The notes under the pieces were generated by a model. That model was given only the letters and a program-made list of their open reading frames with translations, was not told the DNA's origin and made no database searches. A DNA stretch of 51,358 nt from a virus (Duplodnaviria; Caudoviricetes): the IMG/VR virus record IMGVR_UViG_3300017909_002098, positions 1-51,358 of that record; one strand, 5' to 3'. A program made the position numbers and the translations under genes. Shown here one piece after another: positions 35,310-45,510 of this stretch; position 1 is the stretch's first letter, and each line of letters opens with the position of its first letter.

Positions 35310-36719
35310 ATGTTTATGTCACACATTTACAAGAGAAAGCCCTTGGAGCACCAAAGAGAAGCTTTACTAAAAAGCTGGGATAAAAAATATTATTTATATC
35401 TTATGGGTATGGGTACAGGTAAAACAAAAGTAGCAATTGATAATGCTGTGTACTTATATAATCAAAAAGAAATTAGCTGTGTTTTTGTTGTCGTGCCAAA
35501 TAGCATTACACACAACTGGCTAAAAGAAATAGATACAGATAGTTCAGCAAAGAATATGAAGTATTTATTTCGTAGAGATTCTTTTGATTATAGTTTTAAA
35601 GATGCTTTGAATTGGTACATTATGAATGTAGAGGCTTTATCTCACGCAAGTGGTGTTAAAGTGGCAAAAAAACTTATAGATAAATATGCTGATAAAATGT
35701 ATATGGTTGTAGATGAGTGTACATCTATTAAAAACCACAAAGCTAAAAGAACAAAAAATATTATTAATATATCAAAAAAGGTTAAATATAAAAGAGGTAT
35801 GACAGGATCACCTACCTCTAAAAGTCCATTAGATTTGTATGCACAATGTGAATTTTTGAAAAGTGAGTTACTTGGTTTTAAAAGTTACTATGCTTTCAGA
35901 GCCAGATACTGTTTATTAAGACCTTTATCAAGAGAGGGTTTTAGGCAAGCTATGATACCTTATGATTACCAAAACATCCCTGAGTTATTAGCAAATGTAA
36001 AACCTTTTTCTTATAGAAAAAGAAAAGAAGATTGTTTAGACTTGCCACCAAAAATACACGTGAAAAGAGAATTATTTTTGTCAACAGAACAACTTGACGT
36101 ATATACGCAATTAAAAAAACACGCAAGAGCAGTAATACTAGATAAAGAAGTTAGTTACACGAATAAGCTAACAGAGATATTGAGGTTGCACCAGGTATGT
36201 TGTGGTTTTTACAAATCTGACCAAGGTGAAATACAAGATTTAAAAAACCCAAAGATAAAAGAACTATGTAACATACTAGATGAGACAGAAGGTAAAGTTA
36301 TAATCTGGGCAAACTATATTCATAATATAAATGAAATAATAAAAACTTTGAAAAAACAATATCCTTTTGATAAATGTGTTTCTGTATACGGAGCTGTAAG
36401 TGTTACTGACAGAGATAGAGCAGTCAATGATTTTCAAAACGACCCTAATACAAAATTTTTAGTAGGTAATCCTGCAACAGGTGGTTATGGTTTGAATTTA
36501 ACTGAAGCTCAAACAGTAGTGTATTTTAGTAACAGTTATGATTTAACAGTTAGAGAACAATCGGAGGATAGAGCTCATAGAAAAGGGCAAACAAAAAGTG
36601 TTACTTATATAGATTTAGTTATGAAAGGCACTATAGATGAGTTTATTTTAGATGCTTTGAATAAGAAGAAAAGAATGTCTGCTCAAGTTTTAGGAGAAGA
36701 AGTGCTTAACTTTTTGTAA
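35310..36719 (+). CDS. SNF2-family (SF2) helicase
   Basis: GMGTGKT, VVDECT, MTGSP, GGYGLNL, QSEDRAHRKGQ; true start may be ATG 35316. Confidence 0.92.
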   Translation: MFMSHIYKRKPLEHQREALLKSWDKKYYLYLMGMGTGKTKVAIDNAVYLYNQKEISCVFVVVPNSITHNWLKEIDTDSSAKNMKYLFRRDSFDYSFKDALNWYIMNVEALSHASGVKVAKKLIDKYADKMYMVVDECTSIKNHKAKRTKNIINISKKVKYKRGMTGSPTSKSPLDLYAQCEFLKSELLGFKSYYAFRARYCLLRPLSREGFRQAMIPYDYQNIPELLANVKPFSYRKRKEDCLDLPPKIHVKRELFLSTEQLDVYTQLKKHARAVILDKEVSYTNKLTEILRLHQVCCGFYKSDQGEIQDLKNPKIKELCNILDETEGKVIIWANYIHNINEIIKTLKKQYPFDKCVSVYGAVSVTDRDRAVNDFQNDPNTKFLVGNPATGGYGLNLTEAQTVVYFSNSYDLTVREQSEDRAHRKGQTKSVTYIDLVMKGTIDEFILDALNKKKRMSAQVLGEEVLNFL

Positions 36720-37447
36720 TACGCATAAGCTCTATCCATCCATTTATTTTCATATTCTAACAACTTATCTTCATCCATAATAAATTGTTGATACTCATAA
36801 TTTCTAGTGCAGATAGCTATGAGACCCTGAGTAATCTCTCCATAGTATGCTTTGTGTGCTAAAGAATATGCTGCAATTTGATAATAGTAATCTTCAATCC
36901 ATTCTTCTTTTTTTAATTTATTAGCTTGTTTAAAATCTATGATTGTAGGTTTATCATCATAAAGTCCTACTACATCAGTTTGACCCGCCCAAGCCATCTT
37001 TTTTGGATCAGGATATAATGAGGGACAGTATTCTTCATACATAAGATGTACTTCACTACCCCAAATTTCTTTTAACTTACCTAAATTTTCTACAATAGTA
37101 TGGGCCATCAATCTTGATTGATTACCTTGTGGTGTTAAATTCAAATACGGAATTGCTTGACAATATTTTTCTAGAACTAAGTGCATCTCAGTACCTCGTC
37201 TGGCAGCATCTACCGTGATTCGTGTAGCTTGTTCCTCACCAACTCTTTTTCTCCACTGAGCTAATGACTTTTGTTTTTCTTCACTTTGTGTTGCAGAAAG
37301 TATTGTTGTAACAGAAGGATGTTTTTTACCATTAACATTATAGGTTCTAATCTCCTCATCATTTCTAGAATATGCTTTGTATTTATATTTATCTACAATT
37401 TTAAAATCACAGATAAGAAAGCCATTTTTATTTCTTTTTATCTGCAT
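36683..37447 (-). CDS. PD-(D/E)XK exonuclease (Cas4/RecB-like phage exonuclease)
   Basis: PSVTTIL, RGTEMH, AGQTD, IIDFK, YYYQIAAY; probable start ATG 37447. Confidence 0.85.
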   Translation of the reverse strand: MQIKRNKNGFLICDFKIVDKYKYKAYSRNDEEIRTYNVNGKKHPSVTTILSATQSEEKQKSLAQWRKRVGEEQATRITVDAARRGTEMHLVLEKYCQAIPYLNLTPQGNQSRLMAHTIVENLGKLKEIWGSEVHLMYEEYCPSLYPDPKKMAWAGQTDVVGLYDDKPTIIDFKQANKLKKEEWIEDYYYQIAAYSLAHKAYYGEITQGLIAICTRNYEYQQFIMDEDKLLEYENKWMDRAYAYYKKLSTSSPKT

Positions 37448-38102
37448 ATAAGTTATCGAAGGTTGTTTCCCAATCCATATAACTATCGTGCTCCTCTGCA
37501 CTATGTGTATATTGACTTGGTATAAAATCTGGTGGTCCTTCACCAGTAACCCACATAGCAGGTGAAGTTACACGAACTCTATTGTTAGGTAGAGCCACCA
37601 TACAACCTTTATATGGTCCGTTTGTTAAATGTAATACGTGACTTTGTTTGTGTTGTGCTGGATCATCAGCTATTTCATTACCTGTATAATCCACAGTAAA
37701 ATGATATTTACCTGTATAAAACTCCCCATCTATTTTACAGATCCACGGACTTGAGCTCGTTCTATCTATAGTTATTATAGAATGTTGTCTGCTAGAACAA
37801 TCCCATGGTTGAGCGAGATGAGTGGCGATGGGAGGGGGCCAGTCATCAAGTGGGTCATCATAAACGAGAGACGTAATTGGTAGGCGAGCCCACATTGCCC
37901 CACCATGGGGGTTTTCCAGACGATTGTCTTCATCTTCACAACCAGTAAAGATGACTTGGAAGGATAGACATCTATCTGGAATAGTTGTAACAGCCACCGC
38001 TAAACCATGTAGGTAATCTCCGTGATACCTTCGATGGTTTACTGTAAACTCTCTTCGCACCCATACTTTAAAGTATGGAATATTTGATATTAAATTTCCC
38101 AT
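37428..38102 (-). CDS. Conserved hypothetical phage protein
   Basis: 224 aa; GGAMWARLPI, QPWDCSS, FTVDY, QHKQSH, LPNNRV. Confidence 0.75.
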   Translation of the reverse strand: MGNLISNIPYFKVWVRREFTVNHRRYHGDYLHGLAVAVTTIPDRCLSFQVIFTGCEDEDNRLENPHGGAMWARLPITSLVYDDPLDDWPPPIATHLAQPWDCSSRQHSIITIDRTSSSPWICKIDGEFYTGKYHFTVDYTGNEIADDPAQHKQSHVLHLTNGPYKGCMVALPNNRVRVTSPAMWVTGEGPPDFIPSQYTHSAEEHDSYMDWETTFDNLYADKKK

Positions 38103-38107
38103 ACCTT

Positions 38108-38136
38108 ACTATAAGTATAGGATTATTATTTATCAA
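38108..38136 (-). promoter_or_regulatory. Sigma70-like promoter (leaderless)
   Basis: TTGATA-17-TATAGT, 5 nt before ATG 38102. Confidence 0.6.
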
Positions 38137-38137
38137 G

Positions 38138-38749
38138 TTATTTTTTATTCTTCATATTTTGCATAGCATTGTTAATATCTTTTACTGTTAGTCTATCCCC
38201 GCTTGCATTTTTTTGTGCCATATTATATATTCTTTTTAAAACTGCCGCAGACATACCTCCAGATAAACTTGCTCTTCTTTGCATAAATTTACCAGCACTA
38301 GCTCTCATCATTCGTGCACCACCTTTTGAGTAACCTTTCGCCATTTTACCGCCCATAGCTCTCATCATTCGTGAGCCACCTTTTGAGTAACCTTTAGCCA
38401 TCTTACCACCCATAGCTTTCATTACGCCACCACGCATTTTACCAGCTATTTGAGTTTTTCTACCAAAAGTATTCTTTAATGCTGCTCTTTTTTCTTGTTG
38501 TTTTTTAGTTGGACCAAGTTTTTTAAAATCAGATGCACCTCTTTGTGCTTTTGCTTTATCAGCTGCTGTAGCTTTAATTGGTTTTGGTGGAAGTTTTAGT
38601 CCAGCACCTGCTCTAATTTTATTTTTATCTTTGATACCAGGGTTCATAGACATAATTTTAGATACTGTAGTACCTCTAGCCTTTGCAATACCTGAAAGTG
38701 TATCACCTTTTTTTATTTTATATGATCCTTTTGTCTTAGGGAATGCCAT
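38138..38749 (-). CDS. LysM-domain protein with basic Met/Gly repeat tail
   Basis: YKIKKGDTLSGIA...TTVSKIMSMNP...KIRAGAGLKLP; AGGAG RBS. Confidence 0.85.
   Translation of the reverse strand: MAFPKTKGSYKIKKGDTLSGIAKARGTTVSKIMSMNPGIKDKNKIRAGAGLKLPPKPIKATAADKAKAQRGASDFKKLGPTKKQQEKRAALKNTFGRKTQIAGKMRGGVMKAMGGKMAKGYSKGGSRMMRAMGGKMAKGYSKGGARMMRASAGKFMQRRASLSGGMSAAVLKRIYNMAQKNASGDRLTVKDINNAMQNMKNKK
38299..38412. repeat. 57-bp tandem repeat, 2 copies, in the LysM gene
   Basis: Encodes MGGKMAKGYSKGG(S/A)RMMRA twice. Confidence 0.9.
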
Positions 38750-38786
38750 ATTTCTCTCCTTTGTTTTTTAAATAGCTATTTAATAT

Positions 38787-39449
38787 TCATTTATTATACA
38801 TCTCTTCGTCTTCTATTTCAATCCAGTTACCTCTCATTTTTTTGTAGTCCAAATAAAGCTCTGTATCAGCCCAATCTCTACCTTCGTTCATACATATGTA
38901 AAAATATTTAGGCTCATATATCATACAACTATTATCATCTTCGTAAGTATTGTGAGCCATAAGAGGTTGACCTAAACTTACAAAAAATTTAAAAGTAACT
39001 CCAACAGCCACACCTATGAAAGCAAGAGTAACAACAGTAATTAATCCGTATTTAATATATTCTTCGATTTCTTGTCTTTTCTTGAGCCTTCTAGCTCTTT
39101 CTTCTTTGATAGCTTGTTTCTTGGCATCAATACGTTTTTTTCTCTCTTGTAGTATATACTCCCAAGTTCCTGGCCCGAAGCGTAAGTTCACTAGGTTCTT
39201 TAGTTCATTCATTTGCTCACGAGCTAATTTAGCGTCAATAACCTCTTTTGCAATATTCTCGGTTGCAAAAACATCGACATTTGCCTTATCACGAGCTTTA
39301 ATAGTTTGTTGCTCACCCATCATAGCCTTATCAATATGACCTATAATGTCTCCTATATCATTGCAAGTTTGTATCTGCTGTTTAACGAAGTCGACACTTT
39401 TCTTAACTAGGGCTATGCCCGCTAAAGCTGTGGATATAGGTTCAACCAT
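38787..39449 (-). CDS. Membrane-anchored coiled-coil protein
   Basis: MVEPISTALAG N-terminus; TM segment YGLITVVTLAFIGVAVGVTF. Confidence 0.7.
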   Translation of the reverse strand: MVEPISTALAGIALVKKSVDFVKQQIQTCNDIGDIIGHIDKAMMGEQQTIKARDKANVDVFATENIAKEVIDAKLAREQMNELKNLVNLRFGPGTWEYILQERKKRIDAKKQAIKEERARRLKKRQEIEEYIKYGLITVVTLAFIGVAVGVTFKFFVSLGQPLMAHNTYEDDNSCMIYEPKYFYICMNEGRDWADTELYLDYKKMRGNWIEIEDEEMYNK

Positions 39450-39672
39450 TTTGACGCTCAATAAACCTATCTAGTTTTTCTTCTAATCTACGAAGTTGTT
39501 CTAGAACTTGAGTAGTCTGTGACTGTGCATCGTCACGAGGCAGGTACTCTTCCCTGGTTTTATTGAGCAGGATTTGTAATCTTTTGACTTCCTGAAACAT
39601 TTTATTAAATGCCCAACCACAAGCGGACAACAGAACAGTCAATAATATGTTCCATAACATCATATTATCCAC
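39442..39672 (-). CDS. Small membrane protein with coiled coil
   Basis: N-terminal TM; LLNKTREEY...LEEKLD. Confidence 0.7.
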   Translation of the reverse strand: MDNMMLWNILLTVLLSACGWAFNKMFQEVKRLQILLNKTREEYLPRDDAQSQTTQVLEQLRRLEEKLDRFIERQNG

Positions 39673-42600
39673 GTTGAACTCCTTGTCTAGCTATAGCTTG
39701 TCCTGAAGCATCTTGTGGAAATAAGAAACTATAGTTTTGAACAGTGTTTACTTGAGTGTTTTGATTTGCTGGTACTTGGCTCGGCATTGTTTGACTTACT
39801 GAAACTTGTGGTTCTATTACGTTTTGATCTAAATTTTGAGATTGTGGCTCTAATGCTTGATCTTCTGCTTCATTTTGTTCTACTGCATTTATATTACCTC
39901 TCATTGTATCAATAATTTTATCTCTATCTTCTGGTTTAGCATATTTAAATTGTAATATTTCAGGAAAAGCTTGTTCCAAAACATTATCTGGCAACTGAAA
40001 TACATTAAACTGAGGTGTGTCTATTGTGTCCATATTATCTAAATATGTGTTTATATCTTGTATGGATATTTTATCAGGATCTAATTTTATTTGATCTTTG
40101 TTTTCATCATCTAAATAATTTAAAGCTATAGCAAGGTTTCTTGCTCTTTTAGGTCCGTAATAATCTCCAAGAGGTTTCGTAGGATCTACTATACCTAAGA
40201 CGCCTTTTTGCCCTGGACCTGTAAAAGGAAACTTAACATTGTTTGGGTCCATCAAATACTTTCTTTCTTGTTCAGTTAAAATACCTAATAAAGCAGATGA
40301 TTTTTTTGGATCTGCTATTATAGCACCCATCTGTCTACCCAAAACAGCAGTTAATATACCAGGGAATATACCAGTGCCTGTCATTAACATACCTGTAGCA
40401 GCTACTCCAGCAACAGCTCTAGCACCAACTAAAGCTGCTCTTCTTCCTAAGAAAGCTGTAGGATCTGTAAAACCTAAACTACTAGCTGATTTAAGAATAG
40501 TAACTGTATCTCTAAAATTTGTGAAAGCTTTGTCTCCAATTAACTCTCTTAACGCATCCTCTTTTACTTGCTCACCTAAACCTAAGTTGTCTGCAAATTT
40601 AGAATAATTAAAATCACCCTGCACTAAATCAAACTTAGAAAAGTCAATTTTTTTTGAACTTTCTCGTATTGCATCTTCGATCTGTTTTCTTACAACTGGG
40701 TTCGCAATGTAATTAGGATTTTTAACTTTTATTAATTTACCATCTTTACCAGTTTTTTGTAAAAATTCTGATCCTATTGATTGAATTTCATTAGCTAACT
40801 TTTCAGGCTCAACAGGGTTAGATGCACCTTTTGGTAACATTTCATCCAAATATCTATAGCCAGTCAAACCATTTTTTTTCAATGTTTCTCTTGCTGCTAA
40901 CAAGCTACCACTAAAAATACTCTCTTTTGATATAGGATCTAGAGCATCCATAAAAGAATCAAAGATGTGTCTACTAGCTAGTTTTTTCATATATTTTTTT
41001 GCATAAGCTGCTAATTCTGGGTTTTGTGTTTGATTAACACCTATAATATCTTTAAATTGTTTGATTGTTTCTGCATCATAACTTTTTAATACGTTGTTTT
41101 GTATTACCTCAAATTGCTTCAATGGTGTGGTATTAACTTGTGGAGCGTTAACCATTCTACCTGTTAAGTAAGAGCTATTGTTACCACCAATACCTTTTCT
41201 TAAATTTTGTGCTAAATCTTTTTCAAATATATTTGTAAAGTCAAAATACGTTTTATTAGCAGCTGTCAACAACTCTTTATATTCTTTCATTCTTTGTTTA
41301 GCTTCAGGTATAGTTAAATTGCCTAAATTAATGTTTTGTTGTTGAAAAATTTCATCTCCTACTTTTTCTGCTGCTGCCATATCATGATCTAAAGCTAGTT
41401 TAAATCTTGAAAGTAATCCTTGTGTTTGCTCATTAGCAAATTGTTTATTTTGTGACAAAAAATTTATCGATTCTCTAAACCTTCTATGGTCATCAAATTT
41501 AATATAATCAAAACTTAAATCACCAGCATCATCTGTCATTGAACCTGCATATCTTCTTAAAGCTTCTATCAATCCTGGATTTACTCCAGTCATTTGTGCA
41601 GCAGTTTTTGTATCCTTCATTTGCTCTAAAATTTGTTTAAAAGTTCCACCTCCAAATAATGATTTTAAAGAGCTTTCCATCTCAGCTTTTGTTGAAGACG
41701 TTGGTACAAATCTAAAATCACCACCAGCCTCTACTGTTTTTGTCAATTGACCATACTGTAATGCTATAACTCTATTTCTTTCTAAATAATTTTTTCTTAT
41801 CTGTGCTGTACCTTCAGAGCCAAGTAATTCTGCGAAAGTAAAAGGAGCTAAAGTTTCTCCCTCTGCCAATGTTTTTTGTAGTGTAGTTTCTAATTGTTTT
41901 TGTGTAAGCTTTCTACCTGCTCCTCCTATGTATGGAGTAACACCTAATATTTTAAAAAAGTTTTTAAATAATGATCCAGTACCAGAATCTTGAGCTAATT
42001 GTGCAATATTAAGTTCCATACCTTTTTCTTTAGCTAATTTAGCGAGTTGCACGACCTCAGGATTATTTAATCCTAGTAGTCTTTTCAAACCACCTCTTCC
42101 CATTTTTACTGCGTAATAACCAGCTGTAGTTCCTGCCACTCCAAATATAGCAGAGTTAGCAAAAGCTGCTCCAGCATCTACTATAGATTGTGCAGGTTGT
42201 GGTAATTTTTTGTATTCATCATCTGTAATTTCATTTAAATCTAATAAAGAGTCAGCTCCTACATTAGTTGCTACGTTAGCTAAATCATAAGCCACAGAGC
42301 CAGCGGCTGCACCTGTTGCACCTAAACCTATGGATTGAGCCTCGACTCGTGCTCCTGTTCTCAATAAACTTTGAGCATCATCTGTTAAACCACCCCCTCC
42401 ACCAATTGATTTCGGAGCCATTTGTCTAGCAAAAGATGTAGTTTTTAAAGCTGTGTTTTCAAGTCTTGCAGCTAATCTTGGCATTAATCTACCTACTGCA
42501 CCAAAACGTCTACCTACTACTTTAGATACAGCTCTTTGAAATTTAGAACTGCTTTTAATAAATTTATCTAACTTAAAATTTTCTTTACCTTCTGGTGCCA

Positions 42601-42982
42601 TAAACTTCATACCCTTCACACCTTTTTCTAAGTCTTTGGCGATAGCTTCTTTGTTCATAATATAAGGAGTAAATGATCCTATTACGTCACCTACTAACTC
42701 ATAATCAGCTCTTTCGTTAAACATCGTTCCTATAATAGGAACATCTATACCTTTCATCGTTCCTTCTTCAACAGCTTGTTCTGCAATTTTAGCTTTATTA
42801 AAATCTTGTGCAGTTTTCATAGCTGTCGTGTTAGGTGATTTTAATACACCAGCTTCAATAGCTTGATCTAATACTTTTCTTTGTTTATTATCTAACTTGC
42901 TAATATCTATTTCATTATTATCAAGTTTCTTTTGTATATCTGCTAAAGTACTTTGTTGTGTTTTTTGTTCAGCTTCAGCCAT
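39665..42982 (-). CDS. Large internal virion (ejection) protein
   Basis: 1105 aa helical with Gly/Ala hydrophobic patches; last of a run of size-increasing coupled ORFs, as in podovirus ejectosomes. Confidence 0.65.
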   Translation of the reverse strand: MAEAEQKTQQSTLADIQKKLDNNEIDISKLDNKQRKVLDQAIEAGVLKSPNTTAMKTAQDFNKAKIAEQAVEEGTMKGIDVPIIGTMFNERADYELVGDVIGSFTPYIMNKEAIAKDLEKGVKGMKFMAPEGKENFKLDKFIKSSSKFQRAVSKVVGRRFGAVGRLMPRLAARLENTALKTTSFARQMAPKSIGGGGGLTDDAQSLLRTGARVEAQSIGLGATGAAAGSVAYDLANVATNVGADSLLDLNEITDDEYKKLPQPAQSIVDAGAAFANSAIFGVAGTTAGYYAVKMGRGGLKRLLGLNNPEVVQLAKLAKEKGMELNIAQLAQDSGTGSLFKNFFKILGVTPYIGGAGRKLTQKQLETTLQKTLAEGETLAPFTFAELLGSEGTAQIRKNYLERNRVIALQYGQLTKTVEAGGDFRFVPTSSTKAEMESSLKSLFGGGTFKQILEQMKDTKTAAQMTGVNPGLIEALRRYAGSMTDDAGDLSFDYIKFDDHRRFRESINFLSQNKQFANEQTQGLLSRFKLALDHDMAAAEKVGDEIFQQQNINLGNLTIPEAKQRMKEYKELLTAANKTYFDFTNIFEKDLAQNLRKGIGGNNSSYLTGRMVNAPQVNTTPLKQFEVIQNNVLKSYDAETIKQFKDIIGVNQTQNPELAAYAKKYMKKLASRHIFDSFMDALDPISKESIFSGSLLAARETLKKNGLTGYRYLDEMLPKGASNPVEPEKLANEIQSIGSEFLQKTGKDGKLIKVKNPNYIANPVVRKQIEDAIRESSKKIDFSKFDLVQGDFNYSKFADNLGLGEQVKEDALRELIGDKAFTNFRDTVTILKSASSLGFTDPTAFLGRRAALVGARAVAGVAATGMLMTGTGIFPGILTAVLGRQMGAIIADPKKSSALLGILTEQERKYLMDPNNVKFPFTGPGQKGVLGIVDPTKPLGDYYGPKRARNLAIALNYLDDENKDQIKLDPDKISIQDINTYLDNMDTIDTPQFNVFQLPDNVLEQAFPEILQFKYAKPEDRDKIIDTMRGNINAVEQNEAEDQALEPQSQNLDQNVIEPQVSVSQTMPSQVPANQNTQVNTVQNYSFLFPQDASGQAIARQGVQRG

Positions 42983-45510
42983 TACAATCCTCCTAAATAT
43001 TGTGCTACATCTGCTTCAATATTTCTTTTTGCTATAGCTTGTTGTCCTTGTGTCAAAGATGTAAATGAAGGATCTCGTTGTCTTTGCTTTAACTTCCAAT
43101 TTTTTACCTTTTCAGTGTTTTCAAACGAATGTATTATATCAGAGCTACCTCCAGCTGATTCATAAGCTAATGCTGCTGTTTCAAATTTTTGATTTAATTC
43201 CGTACGCAATGTTGCATATCTTGCCTGTGATAAATCAGCACCACCAAAAAATGTAAATATTTGAGTTGAAGCAGCAGCCGCATCAATATCTTTTTGTGTT
43301 AATCTATCTTCTGATTTATTTGCATTAGCAATAATATATTTCATTCTATTTTCAATAATCATAAGTCTAGCTATATCTCTTGCAAACTCAGCTTTTTTAT
43401 TAGCATCTGCATTATTAAACTCATCTTGATAATCAGGGTGCATTTGAGATACAGCATTTTTATATGCTTTTGATTTGTAACCCTCCTTTGACAATAATGC
43501 TTGCACATCTCTATCTAATCTTTTGTTGTCTTTTTCAATCCTACCTAGTATATCATCCATACTATCACCAGTAGTAGCTTTGTTACCATCAGCATACTGA
43601 GCCATAGTGAGTTTTTGTAGTTGACCATTATAATTATTATCTGCTAAATCTTTAAGAGAACCAGGCACTGTTCCTGGTACTGCATTAGTCATCATACCAA
43701 AAACATCTTTAACAACACCTCCAAACTGTACTCCAAATTTTGCAGTAACAGCAGATGCTCCTAAATCCATCTCACCTTTATTTAATATATCAAACACCTC
43801 ATCAACATATTTTAAACCTTGAGATGCTGATGTCATGTTAGCTAGAGCTGATCTCATACCTTTTGAATCTGTTTCAATATCAGGAGCATTATACAAAGCT
43901 CTAGCATCATCTCCTACCGCAGGCACAAATTGATAACTATTAGTTTGAGGATTCCATTTTTCTACTAACATATCTCCTGATTCATTTCTAGCGACTTTGA
44001 TAGTTCTATACCCAGTTGCTGTATTACCAGGTACTCTTTTCATAGAAATTTTATTTGGCTTGTTAGCCTCTCTTTCTGCTTTTGCTAAATCAGCTTCTAT
44101 TTTTCTTTCTTTTTGTAAATTATCTAAATATAACTCAATAAATTTTTGTCTTTCCTGTATGTCTAAATTTTCTGTTCTTTGAATTTGTTGTATGTTTTGT
44201 GCTAAAGCACCTCTTTCTAACTCATCAAAAGTATCATTTGCTTGTTGTTCATACTGCATATATTGAGCTACGAGTTGTTTTTTTTCTGCTTGCTCTTGTG
44301 CATTTATAGCTTGTAAATCATCTGCTATCTCAACACCTGCTTTACCAGCAACATCTAATAATCCAGCAAAACCACCTTGAGATGTCGTGCCAGTCATCAT
44401 ATTCATAGCCCATTTAAACAAAGCTATATTTTTTGATTGGTCATCATCTTCTCCTGTGTAATCAGTAAAAGCTTTTTTGTATTCATCAAAGCTTTTAATT
44501 TTATCTCTTTGTTCAGCTATTTTATTTTTATAATCTTCTAAAGCATCATTAGATCTTTGAAAATCACTTTTTTTAATTCTTAATTTTGAAAATAAATCTC
44601 CAACAGAACCTCCAAATTGAGAGTATCCTTTATACCCTCCTACATCTCCTGTTGGGTTATCAGTGGTTGTTAGAGCATTGACTGCACCTTTATGTGCCTC
44701 TTGTATTCCTATTTGTGGGTTACCTCCATCTTCAATAATAGTCTTATCGTATCCTTTTTTAAATTCATCTCTAACCTTCTTTTGTTTTGGAGTTAAATTA
44801 GGAGCTGTTGTCACTGTCGCATTGTTATTTACAGTTGAAGCTGCTTTAGAATCTGCCGCAGCAATCAAAGCGTTATTCATATCATTTACTCCCTGAACAG
44901 GCCATTGACTGGTATCAGATGTGCCGTACATTTTTGTAAACTGATCTAATATTTTTTGTTGCTCAGGATTTACCCCTAAATCATTTATAACTTGCATAGT
45001 TTCATTACTAAAAGCAGGAGATATTTGCATAGGGTCACTATCATCAGTTATTGCTTCTTTTCCTATTTGTAAGCCTGTCAAAGGTAGAGCATATTTAGCT
45101 TGTCCTAATTTAGCTAAAGGTCTGTTTTCTCTCATAATTGCTTCTTGTGCTTCTCTTCCACCACCTCTTCCAGAAGTTAGTAACCTTCTACCACCTCTTC
45201 TCATCATACCAAAACCACCTAACCCTAAAGCACCACCAATAGCTTTATCAAATAGATCTGCTTCAGGATCATCAAAAGTGTCGATACCATAACCAGCCTC
45301 AAGAGCACCACCCCCTAAATCTCCTATACCACCACCGTATCTTTGAAATCTAGATCCTTTTGTCATAGGACCGATTGATGAGGGGTCCATAGTAATTTGT
45401 TGCTGTCGCATAGGACCTTGCATAGGTCTTCCAGGTATTCTACTTATTAATCTTCCAATACCTCGTGATCCTACTATTCTTGCTGCTGCTGGTATCAAAA
45501 ATTGAAACAT
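42982..45510 (-). CDS. Internal virion (ejection) protein
   Basis: 842 aa; Gly-rich N-terminus, coiled coils; TAATG coupling. Confidence 0.65.
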   Translation of the reverse strand: MFQFLIPAAARIVGSRGIGRLISRIPGRPMQGPMRQQQITMDPSSIGPMTKGSRFQRYGGGIGDLGGGALEAGYGIDTFDDPEADLFDKAIGGALGLGGFGMMRRGGRRLLTSGRGGGREAQEAIMRENRPLAKLGQAKYALPLTGLQIGKEAITDDSDPMQISPAFSNETMQVINDLGVNPEQQKILDQFTKMYGTSDTSQWPVQGVNDMNNALIAAADSKAASTVNNNATVTTAPNLTPKQKKVRDEFKKGYDKTIIEDGGNPQIGIQEAHKGAVNALTTTDNPTGDVGGYKGYSQFGGSVGDLFSKLRIKKSDFQRSNDALEDYKNKIAEQRDKIKSFDEYKKAFTDYTGEDDDQSKNIALFKWAMNMMTGTTSQGGFAGLLDVAGKAGVEIADDLQAINAQEQAEKKQLVAQYMQYEQQANDTFDELERGALAQNIQQIQRTENLDIQERQKFIELYLDNLQKERKIEADLAKAEREANKPNKISMKRVPGNTATGYRTIKVARNESGDMLVEKWNPQTNSYQFVPAVGDDARALYNAPDIETDSKGMRSALANMTSASQGLKYVDEVFDILNKGEMDLGASAVTAKFGVQFGGVVKDVFGMMTNAVPGTVPGSLKDLADNNYNGQLQKLTMAQYADGNKATTGDSMDDILGRIEKDNKRLDRDVQALLSKEGYKSKAYKNAVSQMHPDYQDEFNNADANKKAEFARDIARLMIIENRMKYIIANANKSEDRLTQKDIDAAAASTQIFTFFGGADLSQARYATLRTELNQKFETAALAYESAGGSSDIIHSFENTEKVKNWKLKQRQRDPSFTSLTQGQQAIAKRNIEADVAQYLGGL

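Noticed and set aside
36683-37447. Exonuclease as evidence of a CRISPR-Cas system
   Set aside because: Stand-alone PD-(D/E)XK phage exonuclease with no cas1/cas2 or array.
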